NCBI GenBank assembly: GCA_028023455.1
Contig: JAQFVV010000005.1
Span: 5,704,001-5,768,000, forward strand
DNA length: 64,000 bases
Direction of reading: 5' to 3'
DNA from: Epiperipatus broadwayi
Lineage: Eukaryota > Animalia > Onychophora
Under the pieces are notes generated by a model that was not told where the DNA came from, made no database searches, and saw nothing but the letters and a program-made list of their open reading frames with translations. Positions within the stretch are counted from its first letter, which is position 1. Every line of letters begins with the position of its first letter. Shown here in pieces: positions 40,421-54,464 of this stretch. Both the position numbers and the translations under genes were made by a program.

Positions 40421-41234
40421 TATATTACTATACTTGTAACAATTTAATTATACATTGACTGTATTAGAATCATCAAATATTTTGGTATTTAGCAGTAAAG
40501 ATATTTTAAAGAAAATATAATTAATTATAAACTTTTACTGAATCTCAACATATTATTGTGGGTACTCATCTTATAAAGATGCCATTCTATGGTACGGTTT
40601 TCACGCCAAAACACATAAAAATACTGTTTCCGCAGCCGACACTTTCGAACCCGCGTTTTCTATAATACAACTTTTTTGTTGTGCTACAGAATGCAGGCCG
40701 CTATGTCACATCACAGTACAGCATGTATGTTGCATCGCAGCAATTACATTTTCTAAATTCGCACAGTTTATAAAATAATTACGGCTTGATGAGAGAGTTT
40801 GTATTTGAATTGGATGGAAATTTTGTTTTCATTGGATTTTTTTTTATTTTAAAGTATTGAAATGGTCAGATTATTTAAAGTAATAATTCTAAGACTTTTT
40901 ACAACGTACTGCGTTGAAGTTTTAATTGGGAAAATGTTAAATATCTATGTTTTTAGTGAGTTGCAATTAGGTAACGCGTCAAGTAACTTACTGTTCATAA
41001 CATTCCATGAGACAAAGAAGAGTGGTATCAAAAAAATATATAGTAAGAAAAGTACAAATATACACAATTTTTTTTAAATTTCATAAAAAGCAAATATTAT
41101 AAACATGTTTAATAAGTAAAGAAAACATTTCTATGTGTTTGTTGTTGTTTAAAAAAGTTTGAGTTTCTTTATTTTGTCCGAGTACGGTTACGATTTTGAA
41201 TTTTTTTATTTTAGCATTACAAACAACAGAACAT

Positions 41235-41303
41235 TAACCCTAAAACTAACCCTAAATCTAACCCTAAACCTAACGCTAAAACTAACCCTAAAACTAACCG
41301 TAA
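41235..41303 (+). repeat. 12-bp telomere-like tandem repeat (TAACCCTAAAAC)n, ~5.7 units
   Basis: Read directly; internal to the MITE. Confidence 0.9.
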
Positions 41304-41390
41304 CAACTTTTACTTTTTATTGCCATTCTATTTGAAGTAAAAAATATCCGTAATATCTCTTTTTACTTAAACAACAACAAAAAAAATAGT

Positions 41391-41520
41391 CGTAACACAA
41401 GTAAAAAAATATCCGATAGAAAATTGATAAAAAAAAGCCGTAACACAAGTAAAAAAATATCCGATAGAAAATTTATATAAAAAAAGCCGTAACACAATTA
41501 AAAAAATATACGATAGAAAA
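41391..41520 (+). repeat. 48-49-bp tandem repeat, ~2.7 copies
   Basis: CGTAACACAAGTAAAAAAATATCCGATAGAAAATT... at 41391, 41439 and 41488. Confidence 0.9.
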
Positions 41521-41935
41521 ACACGAATCAAATTGTAATTTATTGATTTTATTTTACATTTATTATTATCATTTAAGTTGTATACATTAATAAAAAATAA
41601 TAATTATAAAAGACGATTTTATTTTGTTTTTATTTTCGCATTACAAAAAAGCACAGAAAAATTATTATAATCAACGGCCCGGGAATGGTCATATTTTATA
41701 GTTTTAGCGTGAAAACGGCGCTATCCAATGGCATCTTTATCTACAAGACAAGCACCTTATTGTGAATCAAACCACTAAACATCACATAATCACCATTTCT
41801 TATGCTTGTTCTTAACTGTTATTAAAACAGGCAAAAATCTCTATACAGTAGTGCCACTCAGTGCAAGCCAGAGTAATCAATGGTTGCCAGAAGGCTTGTG
41901 CATAAAATCCCTATATAGTGCCTACTCATCCAATA

Positions 41936-41977
41936 TCCCCAGACTAGTTTCTAGCTTATGGCTTTCATCAGTGAGGA
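41936..41977 (-). ncRNA. Type-I hammerhead ribozyme
   Basis: TCCTCA CTGATGA A AGC-CATAA-GCT A GAAAC TA GTC TGGGGA; 6-bp stem I, palindromic ACTAGT stem III. Confidence 0.8.
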
Positions 41978-42013
41978 ACCTAAGATCTAGATACAGTGCT
42001 TTAGATCCAAGGC

Positions 42014-42055
42014 TCCTCACTGACGAAAGCCACAAACTAGAAACTAGTCTGGGGA
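42014..42055 (+). ncRNA. Type-I hammerhead ribozyme
   Basis: TCCTCA CTGACGA AAGCCACAAACTA GAAAC TA GTC TGGGGA. Confidence 0.75.
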
Positions 42056-43049
42056 TATTGGATGAGTAGGCATTAGATAGGGATTTTATGCACAAGCCTT
42101 CTGGAATCCATTGATTACTCTGGCTTGCACTGAGTGGCATTACTGTCTGGATAGTTTTGCCTATTTTAATATTGTGAATCACTTTCTTTTTAATAAGAAG
42201 TGCTCAAAATTCAAGTACTAACATGATTTATTGATCCTTATTTAGATTATTGTTTATCCATCATGTCTTGGGTACATTTCCAACTTTTTTATTTTAATAA
42301 ATAAATCTTTATTCTTTATTATATTTCCTTAATTATGAGATTATTTCTTAGAATTATAATCTTAAAAATAAAAACCATTTTTAAAAAACAATATTTTAAC
42401 TTTGCAAATATAGAAAAAAGGAATAAATTGAAATAAATCATAAGAAGAACTTTCATTATTTTACTTTTGTTAATAAAATATAATCAAAATGAAATAAAAT
42501 TTATTTGAAATTTACTTCTAACACTGCAAAAAGTTTTTGTCAAGAATAGTTAAAGCAACAAAATTATGGTTTTAAATTTTAAAATTATTGTTTTAAATGT
42601 CTCATTATTGCATTTCTCTTGATTTGTATAATTCTAAAAACAAGTATTTCCAAATAAAATCTGAGTCTAAAAATCTTTTTTTTTTTCAAAAAATAAATAT
42701 TTCATAAATATTTTGCAAAAGTAAATGCAGATATATAAATAAATAATGGAAAAAATGACTGATTTTCAAGATTTGAATAAAAAAGAACTTACTTTGAGAA
42801 CCAAAAAACTGCCAAACTCAGTTTTGTGCATTTCTGTATATACTAACATCTAGAGATTTGTTAAAAAGTCAACAAATCAATACATATATTTTACTTTCCA
42901 TTTTTACCATTGAATGAATGCAAACCCAAATAGATGCAAGAGAATGAATTTCCACAAGGAATCAAAGCACCACTATAACTTAAGAGAATGTTCTTGTAAT
43001 AAATTATGAATATTTTAATTACTTAAGTTTTATAAAAATTTGAATTCAT

Positions 43050-43530
43050 AAATTGATTTAAAATAGTTATATATTGGATACATCTTAAACTCACAATCCT
43101 TCTGTTTTGCAAAATTGTAGTGTCTTCTGTCACAAATCTGCAACTTGGAGTATTTTTATAACCCCTGATAAAGACCTTTACTCAAGTTTCTATTGTAAGT
43201 TTTGGAATAAATGACATTCTCCACATGTGGTTACAATAACACCTGATCCAAGTTAGAGAATATTTCAAGTCTATCAATGCTTATGACTCTACATGAACCA
43301 AAGTATAATAATTCTGCATAGAGTTATGATGAAATTGAATCAACATTAAATACAAATCACTGAGCTCCCTATATATCAATGCTACTGTTCTTTTAATTGG
43401 TCTCTTGGATAAACAGATAATTCAGTGGCATTGTTTCATGTTTTACTATAAAATGGAATCAGAATTATTAGATCCAATTTATTGGAAGTGAAACAATTTA
43501 TTCATACAGGTGTTCACAATTGATGACAAT
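43050..43530 (+). mobile_element. Old CR1-like 3' remnant
   Basis: Similar to 39160-39640. Confidence 0.4.
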
Positions 43531-43818
43531 AAAAAAATATTTCTATAGCCCAACTCAAGAAAACTATCACACAGCCTAAGTTAAGCAAAGTCAGTAATAT
43601 TAATAACTAAGAAATAGATAAAATTGCCTCAGATCAAAAACACAAGGTGAATTTCTTAAAATATAAATGATTGTTCAATGTAGTAATTCATTCATTAACA
43701 TTTTCCTATTAAATACTTCAAATGCTTTTTGAAAAGAATAAACTTAAGAGAATTTGTAGCATGATTATGGAGCAATATAAAATCTCAAAATTTTAAATGT
43801 TTTGACTCTTAACTTTTG

Positions 43819-43906
43819 GTATCGCAGCCGCCATGCAAGCAAGTAGTTGGTTGCAGACGGGTGTGGGTTCGCGTCCCGGCAGATGCTATGACATATGAAA
43901 AAAAAA
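43819..43906 (+). mobile_element. 5'-truncated tRNA-derived SINE (subfamily 2) with A tail and 40-bp TSD
   Basis: Perfect direct repeats 43779-43818 and 43907-43946; B box GGGTTCGCGTCCC; tail GATGCTATGACATATG(A)n. Confidence 0.88.
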
Positions 43907-46734
43907 AAAATCTCAAAATTTTAAATGTTTTGACTCTTAACTTTTGATCTTTATAGATTGTTCAAAAAAAATTATTTACAATTGCTAATTTTATAAATTG
44001 GAAAAAAGTACAATTCACAAAGATTACAGAATTATTTCAACTCGGTATCACTGTTCAAACTGCCTTATTATCATGCATATTTTTTTTTCCTTCACCAAAA
44101 TCATGTTATTAGCAGTCTATGGTTAAAAAAAAATTTTTTTTAAAAAATATATTAAACAACCTTCATACTTCCCCATTCATTTTAAATTCATATAAAATAA
44201 CTCCATGTGTGTGTATGTTTAAAATTTAAAAAATCAGATGTATTAATTTTTAACTGAGATTTAAAGTTTATATCTGTGCTAGAGATAATCTCTAATTTAG
44301 AAAATGATTAGGAATAATCATTATTGTATTTATCTGAGGTGGATAGTGTCAAAGTTGTGAGTGAAAGGAGTTTGACAATGGTAAAAAAAATGTAACTTTT
44401 TAAAAATATCCAACTGGAATTTTTTTTTTTTGATATTACACATTCATTTCTCAATTAAGTTTTTTTTATCTTATTCTATCAATTAAAACTCTTGTTAGAT
44501 GGTTTTTTTGTTAAGTTTGGTTTTATATAAGCCAAATAATTGGATTAGAAAAAGGGATGTGAAAATATTGGAAGATTTTTAAATTATAAATTCGGAGTTG
44601 AAAAAAAAAAAGCTCAGTTAAAAGAATACGATTTGTAGTATTGGAAGAGTAAATGGGGAAATGTTATTAAAAAAATTGAAACAGAAAAAAAAAAGAGGTG
44701 GGATATATAATTTATAAGGAGGGAATTATAAAGAGTAAATTAGGTGAGTGTAGTATGGAGGATAAAAAGAGATGGGAAAATATAAAAGATGATTGATGAT
44801 CTAAAAAAGCGAATGTCTGAATATTAAAACAATGAACAAAAAGGCTTGGAGAAGTTTGAAGAGTTGGTGAATATGATCAGTTTTTTTGATGGAGAATTAA
44901 TAACAAGGGTCGTTTATCATCTTTTATCTTACATATAAAATCCCTATTTCCTCTGTTCTCTGATTGGTGAATGTATGAATGATTTTTTGTAAGTCTGTTT
45001 TGATGTCAAATTCACAAACATTGCAAGAATTGTCCATAATTGTTACATATCAAATATACATGTATTGAAATAAGTCTTTAAATTTTAATTTAGCTTTATT
45101 AATATCTTGCCAGGTACTTTTCTGAACTATATACCAAACAGGCCGAGTTGTTCCAAATATTTTGATTTTTTCAATGGTAAATTTCTCACATTTATAAAAT
45201 ATTAAAATCTTTTGTTTAATTTACATTAAATCTTTAAAAAAAGAAGGCCTTTCCTAGGTTGGGTGCATTTGGTTGTTAATATATTCAACTTATTAAAATG
45301 TAAGTTTTCCTGAACTTTACAATAACTTCAATAATGTTAGTTTCAGTTCTAATCCATATGCTTCTTTATCTATTAATATTTCCAAGCCCTGTGCAATGCA
45401 GGATGATTGGTGTAAGGACTGAAGAACCTTGGATCAAACTCATTATTTTTGCTTCTCAAATACCTCTTCATTTTCTAAATGAATAATTATCCAATTATTT
45501 ATTACACTACAGTGATGCTGCAATGTATACTGTATCAAAAACACTATTTCCATTATATGTTAACCATAAAAAATGTAAATGAATACAATAAAATTCATAA
45601 ATTTAATATTTACAATATGGCTTCATCTCAAAGTATATTTATTAATTACATATTTGCAGCTTATTTTGAAAGCAAGTACATTTTGTTTTATTACTTTTCA
45701 GAATTTAATATTTCTGATAATAAACTGTTTTCTAAGTATAAAGCTAAGTCTTATGCAATTTAATAAAATGCAGGCAATATCTTTCTTAAGAAATAAAATG
45801 AAGCTTACCAATTTAATAATGGCAGAAAAAATTACTGGAAATCATTCTTACATTGTTGTCAAAAAGCTTGGTGTTATACAAGAATTTAAATGAGAATGTG
45901 GAATTGATTATGATAAGTAGGGGTGACTGCATAGATACTTTAAATATAAAAAAAAATAGAGAAGTCATAGTCTGCTGATAAAGAGACTGCTAATATATTT
46001 TCTATGGGGGGTGGGTAGCATTAAAAAAAAAGGCTATCATTCAAAATGCATTTAATTTCAATAAAAGTGGGATATTTCATTATTTATTTTATTAAAAAAT
46101 TAAAAGTATAGGATAGTAAGTTTGGTATTATTTTTATTTTTTAGCAAATATGAATGTGTGAACATATACATGGTAAATATATATATATGTAAATAATTCC
46201 ATTGCATACCACTACCTGAATGTTTATTCACAGAGAGTGTAGAAATTTTTTTTTTATTGTGTGAGGTAATTTGATATTATATATATGTAAATGTATTTTC
46301 TTACTTTATTATTAATAACTACATTATTTTAAAATTTTGTTTATACTATAATCTTAATTTAGGTATGCATATTATATTCCTAAAAAATATCAATTATATA
46401 TATATATGTTGAATAGTATAATACACAGGCATTTCAGTAAACAATATATATTCTATTGTTATCAAACTTATCAACAAAATGAATTATATGTGATCTGCAA
46501 TAAATGCAAGAAGACATTGGAATAAAATACAGATTTTGTGACTTCATTATATTTCTCTCATAATCCTTTGAGTCACTTGATTATTTTCTAATCTGAAACT
46601 AATTAGACATTTTGAAAAACAATTTATGGTAATGATACTATTTTATAAAAGCATTTTAGCTAAAATACATTTTTTAGAAAAAAATGCTATAATTTTGTCT
46701 GAGTAAACTAACTATTTATATAAATAATATTTCT

Positions 46735-48500
<1,766 letters not shown>

Positions 48501-51369
48501 AATTATTTATATAATCATTACAGACAGCGAGTGTTTTCGCGTGACTGAGATATGATATAATTCTTATCTGTGAAAAGTAATGATAAGCATATAATTTCAA
48601 TTGAATGAAGAGACAAGTTTCCTTTTTTTATTTACAATTAAATAAAAGATAGCTCTAAGAGTTCACTTAGGACAGATCAACATTAGTTATTTCCCACCCT
48701 GTAGCCTACTTAAATAGGGAGGAACAACAATTAGATTTTTAAAAAGCAATTAAGGGTTGAAAAGCTAGTAAACAGGTAGATTTTTCGAATTTTACATCTG
48801 ATAACAGAGAGCAATTTAAATGTAGCTGAACTCAGGTGACTTCATAAATAATTCAACACTTCGATCTTGTTCCACTTAATAAGTTAAATTATGTCAGATA
48901 AAAAAAAAAATATCTGCTCCGTAAAAATATTATTTTTACTTATAAATCTGTGCTTTTTAAAATTGCTTTCACAACTTTATTGTATTTGTATATAAATTAT
49001 AACAATTTTTTCGCAAGAACTGGGGAAACAATGGAACTGATGATGATTAGGTATATTCAAGTTTAATAAAAGTTTTTCGTGACAAGTCTTTTTTAAAAAT
49101 CATAAAACTATCCACTGGATTGCTGGAATTACGTGCAAATACATAAAAAGTAAGAGGCGAAAATGGATCTAAAGTCACACCACTAGAAGAAACTGACAAT
49201 AAGTAATCAGGAAAGTTTGTTATAGTGAAATGACAAATAGAATTTAAGAATTAAAAATTGGATTAGAAAAATATTTATTTTGCAATGTAATGATAATGAT
49301 TAAAATGGTGATGTTATAAGTAAAACAGTAAATCGGACTTAAATAACTCATTATAGATCAAAAATCTAATCTAATGTTTTTTTTCAAAGAGTCAGTGAAA
49401 AAGAAGATATGAATTAGGCTAATCAATTCTATTTGATGTTTTTTGTGTTTTTCTCCCTTCTGGAATCTTGATTAAAATTATTTAACTTTCTGAAAGGCTT
49501 TTACTTTTATCTAGGGTTGAAACTGAGGTTTTGGATAAAACAGGAATTAAACTTAGCAATGAAGCTTACATCATATTAAAAGCATTGTAATATTTGTGCA
49601 TTGTGAGTCATCTACATGGCTCTTAGATAACTAAACCAGATTATCCTGTAACATATCCTCCAAAAAGAATTCTTTCCTTAGAATATCAGTTGACAAAATA
49701 AAATTAAAGGTTATTTGTTATGATAATTTTCAAAAAGTTACAATCAGAAGTTTAACATAAATTACATAGAGCTCACCATGTAATAATGAAACAAGTCACC
49801 TTTGCTACTGTGATAATATTAAAAGCTATATATTAAGTTAGTGAACTCAGTCTGATACTAACTATTTTGAAGTGTATTTTTTAGCACAATTCATAAATAT
49901 TATTACATGTGTGTTACAACACATGCTTCGTACAATAAAAGGAATTTTCAAATATACATATAGTGATGCAGCCCTTATAAATTATAACTTATATAATCAT
50001 TTCTAATAAATAAAATAATTGTATAATCCATTATTCAAAAAAGAGCTGGTAACATTTATGTACCAAAGCAAAGGTAGGGATAATTGATCCACTCAATCCT
50101 TTTTTTTTTTCCAATTGAGAATGCATCTATAAATCCTTAGTTTTTGAGCCAAATACTTTATCACTATACTAAACTGCTCAGGACATTATTTTGATTATTT
50201 TTAAACAAAATTGAGAAAACTCTAAAACATCTTTTTTCATTATTCTATTACTGAATGAATACATTAACTTAGTGACCTAAATAATGAAAAGTCAATTTTT
50301 GTTCATTATACACTTTACTTTGGACCTCTATCAATTAATAAAGTTATCATCACTCAAAGAATTACATTTTTCAAGAGGATTCTTGGTGCAACACAATATA
50401 TCTGTTTGATGAAAGACAAATGTGGATAAGAAATTTTCTCAGGTTATTTAATCACATTCACTAACTTTAGAGCAATCTCTCCCAATCTCTCATAAGTAAA
50501 TTGAAAAGAACATTAACCAAATTATAAAATTAAAAAAAAAACAAAAAACAAACAAAGGCTTTTTCAACTACATTATATATTAAATGGCTACAGCAAGAGT
50601 CTATATATTTTACACGTTCAATGGCTATTTTCCTAAATGTATTCTTAAGTAAAATAAATACATTATTTAAAGTATAAGAAGTCATCTAACTCATCTTTTC
50701 TCATTCTCAACAAACATTCATTTTACAACTTTGCTAAGATAGGCTAGGTGTTCTTTGTCTATTACTTTTTGTAAGAAACATTCCCAACCATATAGGTACA
50801 TATTTTAATTTTTTTTCATCCATTCCAAATGTGAAGTTCTTTTACATGGGATCTCATTATCTTAAGTTAAATTGATCTAAATCAAACTCATAGACAAATA
50901 AAATTTTAGATAAATTTAAAAAGTGTTACAAGAACCTGGTGATTTTTACCAAAAGTTGAACAAATATCAAAGCATCTGCCCACTTTTTTTGTATTTCAAG
51001 ATATTGCATAAAATAGCACTCAGTAAAGTGTTTTTTTTAGCAATCAATTTAAACAAATTTAAATCCAATATATGTGATTTACATAATGAGGGATGGACAT
51101 GTGAGAAGGAAAAACAAATGTTTTTCAACTAGAAAGGCATATTTAGATGTTGAAATGTTACACAGACTTCAAAGTGGTGTTATTTTTAGCAAGTTAAAAA
51201 ATACAGTTTCATTTTGCAATGATAATGATTTCAATTAAATTAATTGCTTTTAGAGCTGTGATTTTAGCAAATTCATGGTGTAGAAGTGAGGATTATATCT
51301 TCTAATAATATAATACAAAACCCTTAAACATTTTTTATTTAAGATATAATAACAAGATAATAAAACCAA

Positions 51370-51840
51370 TATGATTTTTTATCTTATTGGATATAATACT
51401 GGATGCAATACTGTAGAATCCACTATTATAAAACCACATCTTCATTGGCTTGAACATGTGAAACAAATAGCAACATAATTGCCAAGAAATTATTTTATGG
51501 GAAATTTGTGCATAGTTTCATGGGAGAAGCAAACCTCATTTACATTATAAACATTATCTTAAAACATTCTACAGTAATTAAATTTTGATTGTTTTTACTG
51601 GGGAAATATGACTAATGATGAAAGGCAGTGGGGTGCAACAATTAGGCAAGGTATTGAAGTCTTTCAGAAAGAAAAAAATGATTCAGAAGAAGTTAAAAGA
51701 TAGCATTAATATGGGCCATCATGTTCTACATGCGAATATATTTGTGGTTCACAGATTGGTTTATATAGTCATTACAAAGTTTATCTCTTGTGCATCATCA
51801 TCATCATCATCATTCTTCTTCTTATTATTATTATTATTCT
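51370..51840 (+). mobile_element. RTE 3' end with C-terminal C2H2-like finger and triplet-repeat tail
   Basis: PHLHWLEHVK..LPRNYFMG; CSTCEYICGSQIGLYSH; (CAT)n(TCT)n(TAT)n tail. Confidence 0.65.
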
Positions 51841-52243
51841 AAAATTTTATGCTTATTATTATCTAGGTAGATTTTCTTGACAAATTATTTTCATTTATAT
51901 AAACAATGTTTTTCTATTCATCTAAGTTTTTTTTTCCAATGAACTTTAATTACTATTTATATTTCTTGTTATTTAGAATATATTATGTTATAATATCTCT
52001 CTTTGTAGGAAGCACTCCAAGTTTTGCAATATCTACTTTATTGGTTTTACAGAATTATATAAAACATTATTTTTGTCAGACCTCATGCCACATCTGTTAG
52101 AAATATTTGTAGAAATCGTATGCTAGATGTTATTCGTTTATATCAGTAAAGAACAATTTTTGATATATATTACATGAGATCTTGGTTAGATCCTAGATTT
52201 TCCATCATCAATACATGAATATCTAATAAAATAGTTTACTTCC

Positions 52244-54202
52244 TGTTGAATATTTTTGAGCATCCATGCCTCATAATCATAGCTTTCTTAAACATATATA
52301 ATAAAATATATGCAAAGATATTTAAATTAGCATGTGTTACATGGCCCATTTCTTCGATATATCAAAGCAAATGTCTTTTCTATTTATAGCATTAATATTT
52401 CCATTAATGAAGAATGCTTCTTTTATTTTTCTTTTATGATCATTCGATTCTATGCATATAATTGCAGGATTAGCAGGTGTAAAATTGTGTCCAGATTTCA
52501 TGGCATGCTCCAAAAATACAGAAGATGTATTGTTGTACTTGAGCTCTATTGTAAGTGCACAGGTGTTGAGCAAGTCTAGTACCAAAAGTAGCTTTTGTTT
52601 CACCATTATATACAGCTTGGCATCCGACTTGAGGACATGAAATGGAATATACTACATGTGGGGTGAATGATCGATAATATGATCTTTTGAGTTATTGATC
52701 AATCTGTTAGAATTAGGTGGAGTTTTAAATCCTATTTTAAACTTATTGATTAATGCTTTAGTTAGTTTGTTAGATATGTTGGAAATATAAGGAATGGTAA
52801 TTCTAGGAAGTTGAATACGTGTTACAATATTATTTATTTTATTATGGAATTTAATAATTTTATTTTTAATAGATTTAAATTTAAAACCTGCTGTCATTAA
52901 ATCTTTAATAAAATTATTTATATTTTCTTTTCTGTCTGCTTCATATTTGCAGAAATGCAAATAAGAAATAATTTAAACTAGCAAATTTGTGTGATGCAGG
53001 TGAGTTAGATTTAGGCTGAATACAGCTTCTAATTTCAAAAGGCTTAGTTTTCTTCTTGTAATCTATCATGTTTTTATTTCTTGATAATGAAAGGTCAAGA
53101 TATTTGATTTCTTTAACGTTATTTTCATATACAATGCGATAAATTTTGAAGTTCTTGTCATATGTATAAAATATTATCCATAGAGGCAATAATAAATATA
53201 TCATCCACATACCAAATATATGTAAAATCATGAGTGGTATATTATATTTTGGTATTATAGAGCTCTCAAATTTATTTAAGTAGATATTAGATAAAATGTC
53301 ACTGACAGGTAAGCCCATTGACCATCCATCTTTCATAGTATACCATTTGTTTTCAAAGAGTGTAAAAATGTGCAAATCAAGCCAAGAAAGGAAAGCAACA
53401 ATAAATTTAACTCTTTCAATAGGGCAATGTGTTCACAAAAATTCTTCATGCACTATTTGAATGAATAATTTTTTATTAATGGATCCATATAATTCTTTCA
53501 CATCCATTATAGCCATAGTGGATGTTTTGATAAGTTGAATGTTTTTGATTTTTAGAAATGAATTGGAAAAAAGAATTGATAGTATATGAGCCAAAATTAA
53601 GGTAATCTATAAGTAATTGATTTATTAATTTGGCTGCTTCAAAATAATGCACTCCACCAAAATCCATCATCAGTCTTAATGCTTCACCTGGTTTATGTAA
53701 TTTAGAATTGGCAAACATGGGGAGGCCTAGTGGCAGAAGGATAAATCTTGTAATATTCAGATCTAGTGATACCTTTGTCTTTAATTTTTCGAAGCACATT
53801 ATTGATAATTTTATTTCTATCTATCTTAATATTAAAGTTGTCATCTTGTATTAGTTTTAATATCTTAATTTTATCATACATTTTATTTTTATAATCTGTA
53901 TTATTTAACAAAACAAAACAATTGCCTTTATCTTCCCTAAGGCAAGTAATATTTTTACAATTTTTACACCTGCTAATCCTGTAATCATATGCACAGAATC
54001 GAATGATCATAAGAGAAAAATAAAAGACGCATTCTACATTAATGGAAATATTAATACTATAAATAGAAAAGACACTTGTTTTGATATATTGAAGAAATGG
54101 ACCACGTAACACGTGTTAATTTAAATATCTTTGCATATATTTTATTATATATTTTTAAGAAACCTATGATTATGAGGCATGGATCCTCAAAAACGTTCAG
54201 CT
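52244..54202 (-). mobile_element. 5'-truncated Penelope-like element with inverted copy of its 3' end; variant HHRs ~52244-52284 (-) and 54162-54202 (+)
   Basis: RT motifs MKDGWSMGLPVSDILSNIY; GIY-YIG tail KRKIKEAFFING; ~53960-54200 is the reverse complement of ~52253-52490. Confidence 0.88.
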
Positions 54203-54464
54203 TATTTTTATAATTTATTTATAACTTCTCTATTAAACATTACTTATAAGTTTTTGTGTTTATGATTATCTAATAAATATCGAAGAATTATATCAAGTTT
54301 TCTCAAGACTTCGAGTTGAATGTACCTTAATTATAATGCCTCAAATTATATGTGTTTGTTTAATAATGTTGAATGTAATTAACAACAATTATTTGTCATT
54401 TAAAAAATATTTACATCATTGGTTGTATTATAATAATAATATTTTATTTGCTTTTAATTAATTA

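Larger units (their letters stand above)
40573..41740. mobile_element. Non-autonomous TIR element (MITE-like), CpG-rich
   Basis: Imperfect ~70-bp TIRs starting ATAAAGATGCCATT..CGGTTTTCACGC; possible TA TSD; no ORF. Confidence 0.75.
41770..42175. mobile_element. Family D HHR-element as a long palindrome centred ~41995
   Basis: ~41820-41989 is the reverse complement of ~42002-42172 with few mismatches. Confidence 0.9.

Noticed and set aside
41235-41303. Interstitial telomere or fusion scar
   Set aside because: The unit is a 12-mer rather than a pure telomeric repeat, and it lies inside a TIR element.
41391-41520. Possible CRISPR-like array
   Set aside because: Head-to-tail tandem repeats with no unique spacers, no cas genes, and a eukaryotic context.
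41806-42182. Two near-identical ORFs on opposite strands (87 and 86 aa)
   Set aside because: Artefact of the DNA palindrome; they read the antisense of the HHR element.
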